Source: Balanoglossus misakiensis
Lineage: Eukaryota; Animalia; Hemichordata
DNA length: 64,000 nucleotides
Direction: 5' to 3'
Assembly: GCA_040954595.2 (NCBI GenBank)
Contig: CM082581.2
Coordinates: 5,324,699 to 5,388,698 of the forward strand
Part shown: piece by piece, positions 52,401 through 64,000 of the stretch
Position numbering within the stretch: position 1 is the first letter of the stretch
How the letters are laid out: each line of letters opens with the position of its first letter
Notes under the pieces: model-generated
What the model was told of the DNA's origin: nothing
Seen by the model: only the letters and a program-made list of their open reading frames with translations
The model's database searches: none
Made by a program: the position numbers and the translations under genes

Positions 52401-54392
52401 TCTGTCTGTACGCGATTTTGTGTACAATTGGACCACATTTCTAACTGCTGGTGTACTTTTGATTGCTTGGCCCCCATCAAAAACAACAACAGAGAAATAC
52501 TTAATTCAAGACGTTATTTTCGAATTGAAAACTAATTTGTGACAAGAAAAGTACACATTGATTGGCCTTGGACATTTCACTGTTTTAATATACAGAATGG
52601 TTTTCTGCGATCAACAATTATCGATAATAATGTTCCATCTTAAAATTCTGTTGCAATAACCCAGGGCAACCGTTCTTTGATTATGGTACAAGCTTTACAT
52701 GTTTACCATCTTAAGGCAAGGGAGCTTAAGTACTTTTCCAGAAGTCATACAGGATTTATTTCAAGACCGGCAAAGGTATTGACATAAAGTCTGTATACAT
52801 TGTTTTTACGAGAACCTGAAGACATAACCACATTTTGACGAAACTCCGAGTCTCAACCGCAATAATGCGTCATTATCTTTGTGGTTGTGATGTAAATATA
52901 ATTCCCATTCTGTACTAATGACTCAATCCCGGAATACGTCACGGGGATTGACTGAGATATGCGATCAATTCGCCTGAAAGTATGGGTTATTATGATATCG
53001 GTGATTTTTCGGCGAGAGATCGTCAAGAGGAGAAATATGACGTAAACGAGTTAGTATCCAATGTGAAAATACGAAATTCACTGACGATTATGTTTCTTCA
53101 CCCGATAATCGGGAAGAGTAACAGAATGCGTGTATACCAACTGTAAGCCAATGTAACCGAAGTCTCAGTTTTGCGTACACATTCGTAAGTTTCTACGGTT
53201 TCAAGAACAAAATGGATTTTTCATTCCTCGAAGGTGTTTTGTCGAAAAAACGTAGCCAAGGTTCGTCTGTTGCGACAATATTTGTACATGTATGTGATTA
53301 GCGGTCCGTTCACCGTTAGACCCCGCACTGGCATCTCCCATTGAACGTCAATGTATTTCCCATGGTTCCTCAATCACAATCTTGACCGCTGCCTCCCTGT
53401 TGGCGCCACGTGGGGGGGGGGGGGTAAGAACGACTCTGTTAAACTTTTTGTGCGTTTGCTAACCTCTTATCTGCTCCTGTCAAAATCTTAAGTGGACGCA
53501 AAACCGAATTAACCGAAAATTCGCTTACTCACAACCTTATCAGAAATAGAGTAGATTAGGCTATGGCGCAGACAATCACCGTAAAAGAAGTTGAAAGCAC
53601 GCATGTGTTATAAGGAACAACGCAAATGAATTCCATTGAAAAGAAAACAGATTAGAATAAAAAAACAATTACGTCCTTTTGTGTGCTTCGTGGCACAGAG
53701 AGTAGTTCATGGCGTTCTATCCTTTTGATCCAAAAACACCAAATACACGATAAATCAGTTCTTGAAAAGCAGTTTACTGCAGCGTCTGTCTTTTGGGGGT
53801 TTCTTCAAACTTAATCATATTAAGTACAACCATTAGGTTGGCAGACTCTCTTGATATACAATCGTTTTAGAGTCTAGCGAAAGAGGAATGATAAAAGAAC
53901 AAAAGCAGACGTAACATGTACTTTAAATCATCAACCGAAGGACACATTCGGCATTGAAGTTTAATTTTCCGAAATAACGAAAGTTTAACTTTCGGTCGCG
54001 TACACGTAAACAGGTACGATAAGCTTCTATAGTGAAACGACAACTAATCGATCTCTGGCCGGATATCAATTGACACGCACGCTCATTTGAATTCCAAAAT
54101 CCCTTGAGAGATTAGCACGCCGTGTGTTATACACAAAGAAGACTACGGCAAGGGGCGTGATAATGCGCTTTTTAGACGTCCATTTGTGATGCTATCAATT
54201 AAGTTTATCGACTGAAATACGGGAAGGATTCGATATAATAGTCTGAGATGAAGCTGCAAAATGGGCTACATTCGCGCGGGTCATTGAATTATAACTGTCG
54301 CTGACTACATCTTCTGCTATCACTTGTGGTTAAGTGTCGGCTATACAGTACACTTGACTTTTCTTTCGCTCCTCGAGGCATATCATAGAAAG

Positions 54393-54398
54393 TCTGTA

Positions 54399-54435
<37 letters not shown>

Positions 54436-54443
54436 GGCTGGCT
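54393..54443. repeat. (TCTG)n microsatellite
   Basis: Directly visible. Confidence 0.95.
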
Positions 54444-56269
54444 GCCCCTCCCCTCCCTCCCCCATTTTTCAGTTTTCTTTTTCTGCCAGTCAATGCGAAT
54501 GTATATTGCGATATTATACATATACAAACAGATTCAGACCAAGATACTCGATTGTAATATCGGACATCTGGAAAAGACGACGTTTATAACGATGATTCAT
54601 TTTCAGGTAAACATAAAATGATGACTGATAAAGACTAAAATGATGTCTTAGATATTTGGTCATTTTTGATTTTTTTAAATTCTGTTATCGTAGTCCAAAT
54701 GGAACCCTTTATAGAAATACTGATACAAGTGATACCAGATACATACACGGTAATCAAGTCTGCAATATTGCAGCCAAAAGTACACACTACATGGTATGGG
54801 ATGAGTGTAATATCAGTAAAGTGTATCTAGTTACGTGTATGTCTATCATATCAGCTTCAGGCCGCAGATAGTTTTCCGATGCCGTGTTCCTATATTATAC
54901 CACTGCTGTGTGTTATGACGCAAGACTACCACTGTCCAAGTGGACATCAGAAACAACGGCACACGATTCCGGAATCTCTCGATCGATCGATCGGCTAATG
55001 GGTCTGTTGAACAGAGTCGAAAGACGTTGAAATTATATATGATACTCAGACTCGACAAGAGATTTTGTCAACCATACATGTATCACAGAAAAGACAGATC
55101 AATCGCAACCCCGCCCGCACCCAGAAAGTTTTAAAGCCTACATGTATATAAACCAAGTGTCGAAAATCGTTTCAGAAAACGCGGCTCGATATATATACGC
55201 GTAAAGAAAATGACGAATCGTGCGTCACTTTCACATCCAGGCATCTCAGTGTTATGTATTAAACCTCGATCTGGTATCTGTCTTAAAGTAAGCGGTAGTT
55301 GTTGGTCAGATGGTAGTACAATATACACGCTGGCACAGTCCAACCTTATGCTCTGCAAGCGAAAGTCCGATTCGCGCTTGAACTCAGTTGCAAATAACGA
55401 AGCTTTGACCTTACGAGTACATCTGATGGAGTTAAAACGACGCCAAGCTCAGCATGCATCTTGATGGGTTTGATAAATATTTAGTGTAGAAAAAATGCAT
55501 TCATCTGATTATTAGATAACTATTGTTGCCAAAGAAACCTATTAGATTCAATCGTCTCATTACAGTTATTCATTTCCATTGAACACGTTTCAAGTCAAAT
55601 TTAATTTGCTGATATCTATGGAAAAAAACTCATATAATTTGAAGGCTTCCCGTGTGTTTTAAATTAATCGGCAAGGCCCAATTGAATTGAGTGCAGGCGT
55701 TGACACAATTTGTTTGTTGCAGTGTATTTCGATTCTTATAACATCAGCCGTGGTTTTATTAATTCTCTCAACGAACCCACTTTAGTGTATCAAATTCGTT
55801 CTGCAGTTGCTTATTCTGTTCTTTTGGGGTTGTACGGTGAATGCCCTTGTTAACATTGGAAAGAATCGGACTAATATAGGGTTTCCATGTTACAGCAGCT
55901 ATCGGTTTTGGTCTATACTGTTGTGACGTGAGGTGTTATTCATGCTCTGGGATTCGGTGTACAGGACCTGGAACATGCCGATTCTTTACGTAATCGATGT
56001 ACCCCTGCTCTCACATACATGTAATATATGTCTATTATGAAATTTTGCTTCGGCGAAATCATTTGTGTTTTAGACCGTGAATTTAATTATTCAGTAATGT
56101 ACACAGCTGTACGCAGAATGGGGCACAACGTGAATGTACAACTATCAACTAAACATGTCTGCGTGACACACTGACCTGTACCTATAGTGTTTCATTATGT
56201 GGCTAACATGAGCAAGAGTTTGTTAATTTTGACATGTAACCCAATTTTTCTCCTGATGGAAAAAATACA

Positions 56270-56400
56270 TAACCATAGATAAAATAATAACTGGTCACAT
56301 TTGACAGAATAATCAAAATAATATCAAAAGATACATTTCCCTCGGCGCCCGAATACCTTATTGAATGTTTTGCAATGTATAGATTTAATCCACTTATTAA
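56270..56400 (-). mobile_element. Possible CR1-like LINE 3' remnant
   Basis: YIAKHSIRYSGA resembles the CR1 ORF2 C-terminal motif (K.SIRYSGA.LWN). Very short. Confidence 0.3.
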
Positions 56401-59400
56401 CTGTGTCCTTATCATCTTTTGCGCTGGGCATGCCAAATTTACATATCCAAAGAGAGGGATCCAATATATTCATTAAGGAGCGCTTGCAAAACCGTCACTT
56501 TCATTTAAGCACGGCTGCATGATGACTACTATCTATCTAATTAAATGATTCTAAACGATATCACGAGAATTCCCCCAAGAGAAATTACGAGACTTGCATG
56601 CAGTAATGTCACTACCCATTTATGTCAGCCTGACCTGGCTGCAATGTTTGTCTCTGTGATGTCGACCATGTACACTCGTTATACGTTTGCAGTTATGCAC
56701 TTCAGCTGCACCAAACTCTATTCCCGATTTCGAATTCTGGATCGAGACCCTCACTTATAATATTAATGTTATAACTCGACATGATTGAGCCTACATACGA
56801 AAAAAAAGGCTGGCGTTGAATGAACTCAAAATGTATACGCATGTAATGGCCGAAACAGCGTGACATGTACATGTATTCCATGGAAGGAACGATAAACGCC
56901 ACACAACGGTTGAGCGTACTCTGCGTAAATCAATTCTCTATCACCCATCATCCCGTTCAAAACGTCTTTATCTTCCTGAAGATTAAAACCTCGACAATTG
57001 TGATGGAGGAGATGGTTATCTGTCCATAAATAACGAATGCATTAAGAGACCCCGTCAGCTTGAATCATGGCCGCCGTTTGAACCACGCTATACAACCTCC
57101 ATTAAGTTATGCTCGGTCTGTGTGACGTCATTTGACGCTACATTACAGAAGTTAGCTTTTTTAAATGAGACGTTCTCGTGATCTCTGATTGTTAAAAAAA
57201 AACAATATTCTGTTGAACTCGCATTAACCCCAAATTAATCTATCGTTGCTCAATTTCCACTACCAAATTGTCGCACGCAATTATGTCACGTGACGTTCAG
57301 TCAGTTGCCGAGAATTCCATATCAAAGTACAAATACTTCTGTGGTTGTTTTAAATCATAATGCGTGTAAGGTTTCAACTCTCTGATTGATGATTGCTTTG
57401 AAAACAAAATGAAGCTAGCTACTATATGCCCCTATCTTTCTCTCTTTGTGTAAAGTATATTCTGTCATGATATACTGCACTATTGTTATCATGATATCTG
57501 ATCTTACTCCACTAATGGAAAATCGGGTTATGAAGCTTTTACTGTGCGCGGATAATATTTCTCTTTACCAGTAATATGGCTATTAGAAGTAATATTTTCA
57601 TGATGGAGCATAATCTTGTGTAGAATCTATATGCCCGCCAAAACGGACTCACATTTCCGTACTGTGTTTGCGCGCACTACAAAATAATACTTGGCTCTTA
57701 AATATTAGGCATCATCCTTCTCCCAACCCTCCTCGAGATGATTTGTCGTAATGTCTGTTCAGAAGTCAAGCGCTCCTCCGATACCAAGTCCCCCGATAAA
57801 ACAACGATGACAAACATAGTCATACATGTAGGTCTTCTCATAAAAAGATGTAAAAATGCCAAGATTGATTTTATGTCCATTTAGTGATCATTAGTGAAAC
57901 TGATGGTCATTCTAATTATCATTGATATTCAGATTAAAAGAATATCAAAAAGCATCTCTTATTTTGTACATACACGTAACTAAGATATCGATCAAAATAT
58001 CAACTTTCTCAAAAAAATCATTTTGGTAAGTGAACCCAAACTACCATCAAAGTACAATCGACATTTCTGTAGCGTCCAGTCCAGTCAAGTAACTTTTCTA
58101 AACTGGCCTTTATAGACAGGTGGCTTTTATTGACAGATCAATTAATGTACATGTCTATGTAAATAACACAGGGACTGTAACAAGGTAGGCATGATAGACG
58201 CGTTTCCACTTTATAGTGGCTGTATTTCACTCTACATCTGCGGGATCAGTAACCACATGTATGTGCAGCCTAACTAAAAACGGCGTGAAGCCTGGCAAGC
58301 TCTTCTGCAAACGCCTTTTTAACTTTGCAAGTAATGACACCACGCCAGCTTCATAACACGATTCAATTATTCCTACGGGTCCTGAACCTGTCACAGAAAC
58401 AGCAGCAACGAATAAGAGATAATAGAAAAGATTCGAACGAGGCGTGAAGCCAAAGTGGTATTCGATAAAACCGCGAAAAAGTTGAACGCTGAGTTGTCGA
58501 CAGCAGTTTACGTCACATTGACCGTTCAACGTTGGGATAAAAACTTTTAAAATAAAACTACACGCTGCCCATCTCTTGGGATTGGAACTATAACAGTTCT
58601 CATTATAATTTACAAGTAAGCAAACGTATATCGCTGCAAGCTACTAGTAACTCTGTTAGTCACTGATAGAAGTAAAAAGTCTCGATACTGCATAATGCGC
58701 AATGCAAACCTAACGCTTCATGTTTCGGTGAAATCTCTAAGCAGTGCCTACGCTAAGCCCATTCTACTCATACGTAAATTAAATTTACATGAAAATAACA
58801 TATGTAACTGAGATTTCGGAGAAAACGAAGTGCTTTTTATTTTCTTAAATCGGTTGTTGCGCTTTTTCTGATTATAACATTCTAAAGTACACGTGTTTCA
58901 AATTGGCAAACCTCGATGATACATGTAATGGCGGTATATCATCAGTGTAGGCCAACAACATCTGCCGAATCCTTTTCAATGTACGGTCGGCGGATAATCA
59001 ATTGGGCGGAAGAGACTGGTGAAAAGATGCATATAAAACGCGTGAGCATCGACAGAATGGCTGTGCAAAGTGATACTTGACTGAGTCAGAGTGAGAACGA
59101 AAAAAAATGTCGATAGACTTTTAAAAGCAAACGATCGCGAGTGGAGTTATACGACTTGTGAACGTGACGTATTTATCTGTTCAAACGCAGGTATTTGACA
59201 AGTGGCAGTATCGCCGTAATCGAACTCTGCGTCGAGTTTCAATCCAAATATTTGCGCAGATTCCGCAGGATCGCCTGACATAACAATCAAGCGAACTACG
59301 TCAGCCCACAATGGAGGTGGCGAACTGCTGCCATGGTGAACAACGGTGTATCTCTTCTCTCATCCCGTTGCGTCTCAGTCTGCATAGTCTAAACTCCAGG

Positions 59401-60059
59401 CTCGTGTGCGGAACATAGCGAAAACAACACACGAGTCTGGATTCTACACTACAGTCTGTAGGGAATAGTATTATTAAACACAACCGGGACCTTGGATTAG
59501 ATTTATCAGGCGAATATTTCGTCTCAAGCGAGCCGCAGGTGATCGTGAGACAAAACATCCGCAGTTAAAACTGAACTTTTGGTAAAAGAAGCGGAAAAGT
59601 CTGAAGCTTACATTTCATCAATCATATCTCAGAAGGTTCTCATAAACAGAGGGGTGGGGTTCGGGAAGAACGCACACCCTGCTCAAAAAAGACCCAAACC
59701 TGACGTATTCCTGTCGAAATTCTGAAATTTGGATGACAGTGTACATGTATACGGAATCGTCAGGCTCAATTGATCGGGGAGTATGCGTACACATGGTGGA
59801 TAGACAGTGCCCCAGACCAGAAATCAATCGCCGTCAATCGGGCACGTTTTAGCGAACTTTATATGCTATAAGTTGACACATGTTGTCACATGTTACGTGG
59901 TTAAAAGTAGAGGTACTTATCATGTACAATAGCTTCATAAATGCGCACATCTGTTCACCAACTGAGAGATAATATGTATAGCGTACTGGCCGTTTAGCGT
60001 CAGAGAGCACGATACTGTTTGGGATTTAGAAGCTTTATAAAAAAAACTTATGAGTTGTC

Positions 60060-60166
60060 GACTGGCTGACTGACATATTGGCTGCTGTCTGTCTGTCTGT
60101 CTGTCTGTCTGACTGACTGACTGACTGACTGACTGACTGACTCGATTGATTGCTTAATTGATTGAT
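60060..60166. repeat. Compound microsatellite (TCTG)n(ACTG)n(ATTG)n
   Basis: Directly visible. Confidence 0.93.
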
Positions 60167-63100
60167 TTGTTGACGGACATAAAAAGAGAACATATATTTT
60201 TACGTGCTTCTGAGATAAGAAACAAGTAATGATACATTAGGATATTTTCTTTACAAGCACAAATCATCTTGTTTGCTTAGTCGCCAATGGCACGGTTTTG
60301 TCCACTTAGTAAGAAATATCTTCTGAACCATTTATATTCCAATTTGCCACTTAAGGATTGATCGGTTTAATTTCCAAGTAAGTCTGTCATAAATCATTTA
60401 ATATGTGGAAAATGTCCGCGCGTCTAATACTGCGCGATACTTTCAGTTGGAGGAGTTTCCGTTAACAACGGTTCTTCACCCGAACGCTGTCGTGAAATAA
60501 ACTTTAGAGAACATGACAGATGAACAGGAATGTTGGTTTAATGCATCACATTTGCTCGAATATTCAGGCAGTCACACTGCTCGACAACCCGCCAACATAT
60601 CAGATGGTACATGTATGTCTATACACTAATTATCGAGCACCTCAAAATCCGAGGTATTGCCGATGAAATCCCGAGGGGCGAAGCTGACTTTAATCAAATA
60701 AGAAAGTCGAGTTTAATTGCATTTGATGATCGTATGTGTTGATTGCGTTGAATTGGATATGATGTACAGGATGGGCGATGTCTGTCAACCGGAGACTATT
60801 AGGTGGCTTACATCTACCATCGCCACAGTACATTAACTCGCTCACATATACAAGCTGCAAAGCCATCTGCAGATAAGCTCGAGTCTTCATTAAGTGTCTA
60901 ACGCCAAGGGTGATTGTGCGCCGTGTATGGTTTGCGAGAGATGGTTTGCGCCTGTTATTACAAGCAGGGATATCCCCGCTCAGCGCAACGAATCCTCTCT
61001 CAGTGTTTTGTCCAGCGGGAAGTTGCAAACCAATTTGCGCAAATTCCCTTATCCCGCAGTTCACATCAAACACTTTATATAAGGAATAGAGAGGCAAGGA
61101 TGATGCCGGCCTCTCCTGACAGAGCGAAGACTCGAGGTCAAATAGGTGAAGTGCATTGAAGATGTTGCCTTCTGATAAAATTACCTCGTGAATAGGAGTA
61201 ATTACGTATGGCGTACTAGGAAAATGTTGACTGTGAAGGTGTACAGTTATAAATAGAACCGTATAATTACAATTCAGCAGTGACGCTTTTTACGACAAAA
61301 CGCCTTCTGAAATCAGTCGAGTCGGTTCATTTGTTTGATAATGACAGAGAATCGCACAAAATCTAGATTGCACCGTGTATATTTCAGTGATGTAGCAATA
61401 TAATTCGCAGAGAACGGTTTAAAGCCACACATCCTAACGTTTTAATCAAGCAATTTTCGGTTTCATGCTGTTACAGTTGATACAGAGTCATCGATGTTAA
61501 TCTTGCTGGCATTAGTCATGGATTTAAGAAATGACTCTCAGCGGAACCGCTAATACACGAATCAATAGAGGTCGATACGCGAAAAAAAGAAAAAACCACA
61601 AGGACCAAAGCAACACTATGCACGCTTATAGCACAACGCGCCTTATAACAAACTGGGGTTTAGATATCGGTTTTTGCAGAAAATAAACAAATATTAGCGC
61701 GATCCATGGCTATAATTTCCAAGATTCAGTCAAAGCATTTTTGCGACTTCAAACGTGCCCTAATCGTACAGATGTATAAGTTTTTCAAATAACATGAAAA
61801 CATCGCAGTTTATGACGAGCTTGAAACGACAGTAAAAACACACATTCGTAACCTAAATAACCAATAATTCAATGACGCGGCCGAAAAATAGGAGGTCAAG
61901 CTGTAACTGAGTAAATTTAATCCAACAGCGTCCATACAAGAACCTGCTTCCGAACGGCGAATTGCGGTGCTCCGCATCATCTGACGGGAAGGCAATCTGG
62001 GTCATCGGTAATTTTATTATTTGTACAATTTCAGTGGCTCCCGGCATTGTATGTTCACGGGAATTCAATTTCTTTGAAGTGCGCGGTTATTTAGTGTTAC
62101 AAATTAACCTGCAAAGCCGGCCGAAAGTAGTCTTAAACAGATTGACGTATATGAGAATTAACGTCTACTTTCTGAAAAGCTTTTCCCCTAGAATAGGACC
62201 TGATCTTGAATACCGCCTGGGCGCGAATCCATTCTTAGATACCTCAGAGGCTTAACTACCCGAAGAATGACTACTTCTGCCTTCTAAACAGCTATTAAAA
62301 TGAACTTTAAAAGAATATAATGCCACATTGATCGAGCCAATTACAAGATGGCGAACAGCGCATCTAAAGGCAGCGTGGATCGGAGTTACAGCGCATAATG
62401 CCGATATCAACGTGGCACTTGGGCTTGAGAGCATCCGCAAGGAAAAAGCATTAGAGAAAAGACTTCAACGGATATCTGGCGTCAAGCGCAGCTGCTGTCG
62501 GGCGTTTTCCGAGGATAAACCCTTTAATGCACTGAAAAACAACATTCCAACATTTGTCAGTGTTGAAGACGATCCATAATGTAAACTGAGATATGCAATC
62601 GTGGTTAATGGTTAAGTACGTTAGTTCAGAGATTGTTACATGTAACTTTGTCCAGCGATACCATCGGGCGTGTTATTGCCGTGGCGAACACAGCTTCGGT
62701 AGAAGCATTAATGTAGATGTATAAAAGGTAGAAAATCGAACAGATGGGTACATTCTATACAAAGAACCGCTGGGGTATCATCCTGCTGCTGGTGTTTTTT
62801 TCCCATTCTGACACCAGGGGCTTGAACGGCTCCCGCGTCAGCGATGGACAAATTGAATAGATATGGGACCAACGGATATGTCAGTCACACGCATTCAGAG
62901 TTTATCCCTCGCACAAGCACTTTGCCAGATTACGCTAATGGAAGCTTTTTGAATCAATATCCAATGGCCGGGATCCGAAGCGTGCGGGGGATATCTATCG
63001 GTTCTGGAAGCCCTTGATTGAAATCGTGGAAACGCGTATATATCCAGCCACGACAAAAAAAATCTCCCAGGTCGGGAACTTTCTGCTTTTTGGCGTTGCA

Positions 63101-64000
63101 GGAGTTGGCAGTTCATTAATTTCGGCGATATTAGCGCTGCGATCCGAGCAAATATCATCAATCATATTACACGTGTTGTCCAAAAAGTCTTAATGACTTT
63201 AAATTTCTCCTGTCAGATAAATCCTCTTGGTGTTTGCCGACTGGGACAGATGACGTCATTCTTAACCGCGGCTATCTCTCAAATACAATTCACTGAATTA
63301 TCCTACAGTCTGTGCGAAAAGGAGTTATGCATTCAGGAAAACAACTTGCCCTGATAAATAATCGTTTTAGCCGTTACACTTACAGTTCTGAGTGCTTCGT
63401 CAGCTGTACCTAGCGCCAAATTGATGGATTTGTTTGCGAACTATTCCAGTGGAAACCAATGCAAACAATTCCAACATTTTACCAAAGGCCGGGGATTAAG
63501 GAGCTTGATGTTATAGGCATGCGATTTCTATCATCTCTCAGCTTTATTTACTTGTTACATATTTCGAGGGAAGCCAGATATAGCACTAGTGTAAGTGAAC
63601 AAGACCAATGCGAGGCCCGACAACCGTTAACACTGTGGCTTTGCATTGAATAATATATGCTTTATGCACCAAGAACATACACTGGGCCTTTGACATTTAC
63701 GCTGAACATGGACATCTCAGTAAGTGAACGGACAATCAACACATTGGGGGTGACATAGTGACGAAATCAATTAACCCTAGGCCAAGGCACAATGCGTGAG
63801 AACTGGATTGTAACTGGCGTTGACTCAAACCGTGTTTCTTTGAACTATGCGGCGGCATTCCTATTTTCTTCCATACATGTTAATCGAGCTGACGAAGAAC
63901 TTCGACTTTAACTTATCCACATACTGTAGAAATTGAGGAGATAAATTTGAGAAGCTCAGAAATACCAGAAAAAAACTTTCGTGCGATTGAACAGGGCATT

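Noticed and set aside
54324-54589. ORFs with SVCL/DRQT repeats
   Set aside because: Translation of the (TCTG)n microsatellite.

Overview
AT-rich (~60% by eye) eukaryotic genomic DNA, probably from a marine invertebrate; the repeat families look hemichordate/deuterostome-like, which is inference. It is mostly non-coding. The main feature is a full-length, apparently young tyrosine-recombinase retrotransposon (DIRS order, PAT/TOC1-like split direct repeats A1...B1-A2-spacer-B2, 33248-38076) with intact gag, RT-RNaseH-MT-like and YR ORFs. The sequence suggests how it is expressed and replicated. Gag and pol share a frame and are separated only by UGA-CUA, a readthrough context. The ATG-less YR ORF begins at a phase-1 splice acceptor that can be joined in frame to gag. 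The B|A junction is an att-like palindrome resembling the insertion target. A and B carry complementary segments next to the poly(A) signal. The first ~8.6 kb hold a heavily decayed minus-strand pseudogene with CUB-like, TNFR-like and death-domain-like remnants. Also present: a possible decayed UGT exon (~19.5-20.1 kb), a likely signal-peptide exon of a plus-strand host gene (47401-47482), several MITEs, LINE fragments and microsatellites, and a strong excess of TACATGTA. No rRNA, tRNA or CRISPR was seen.
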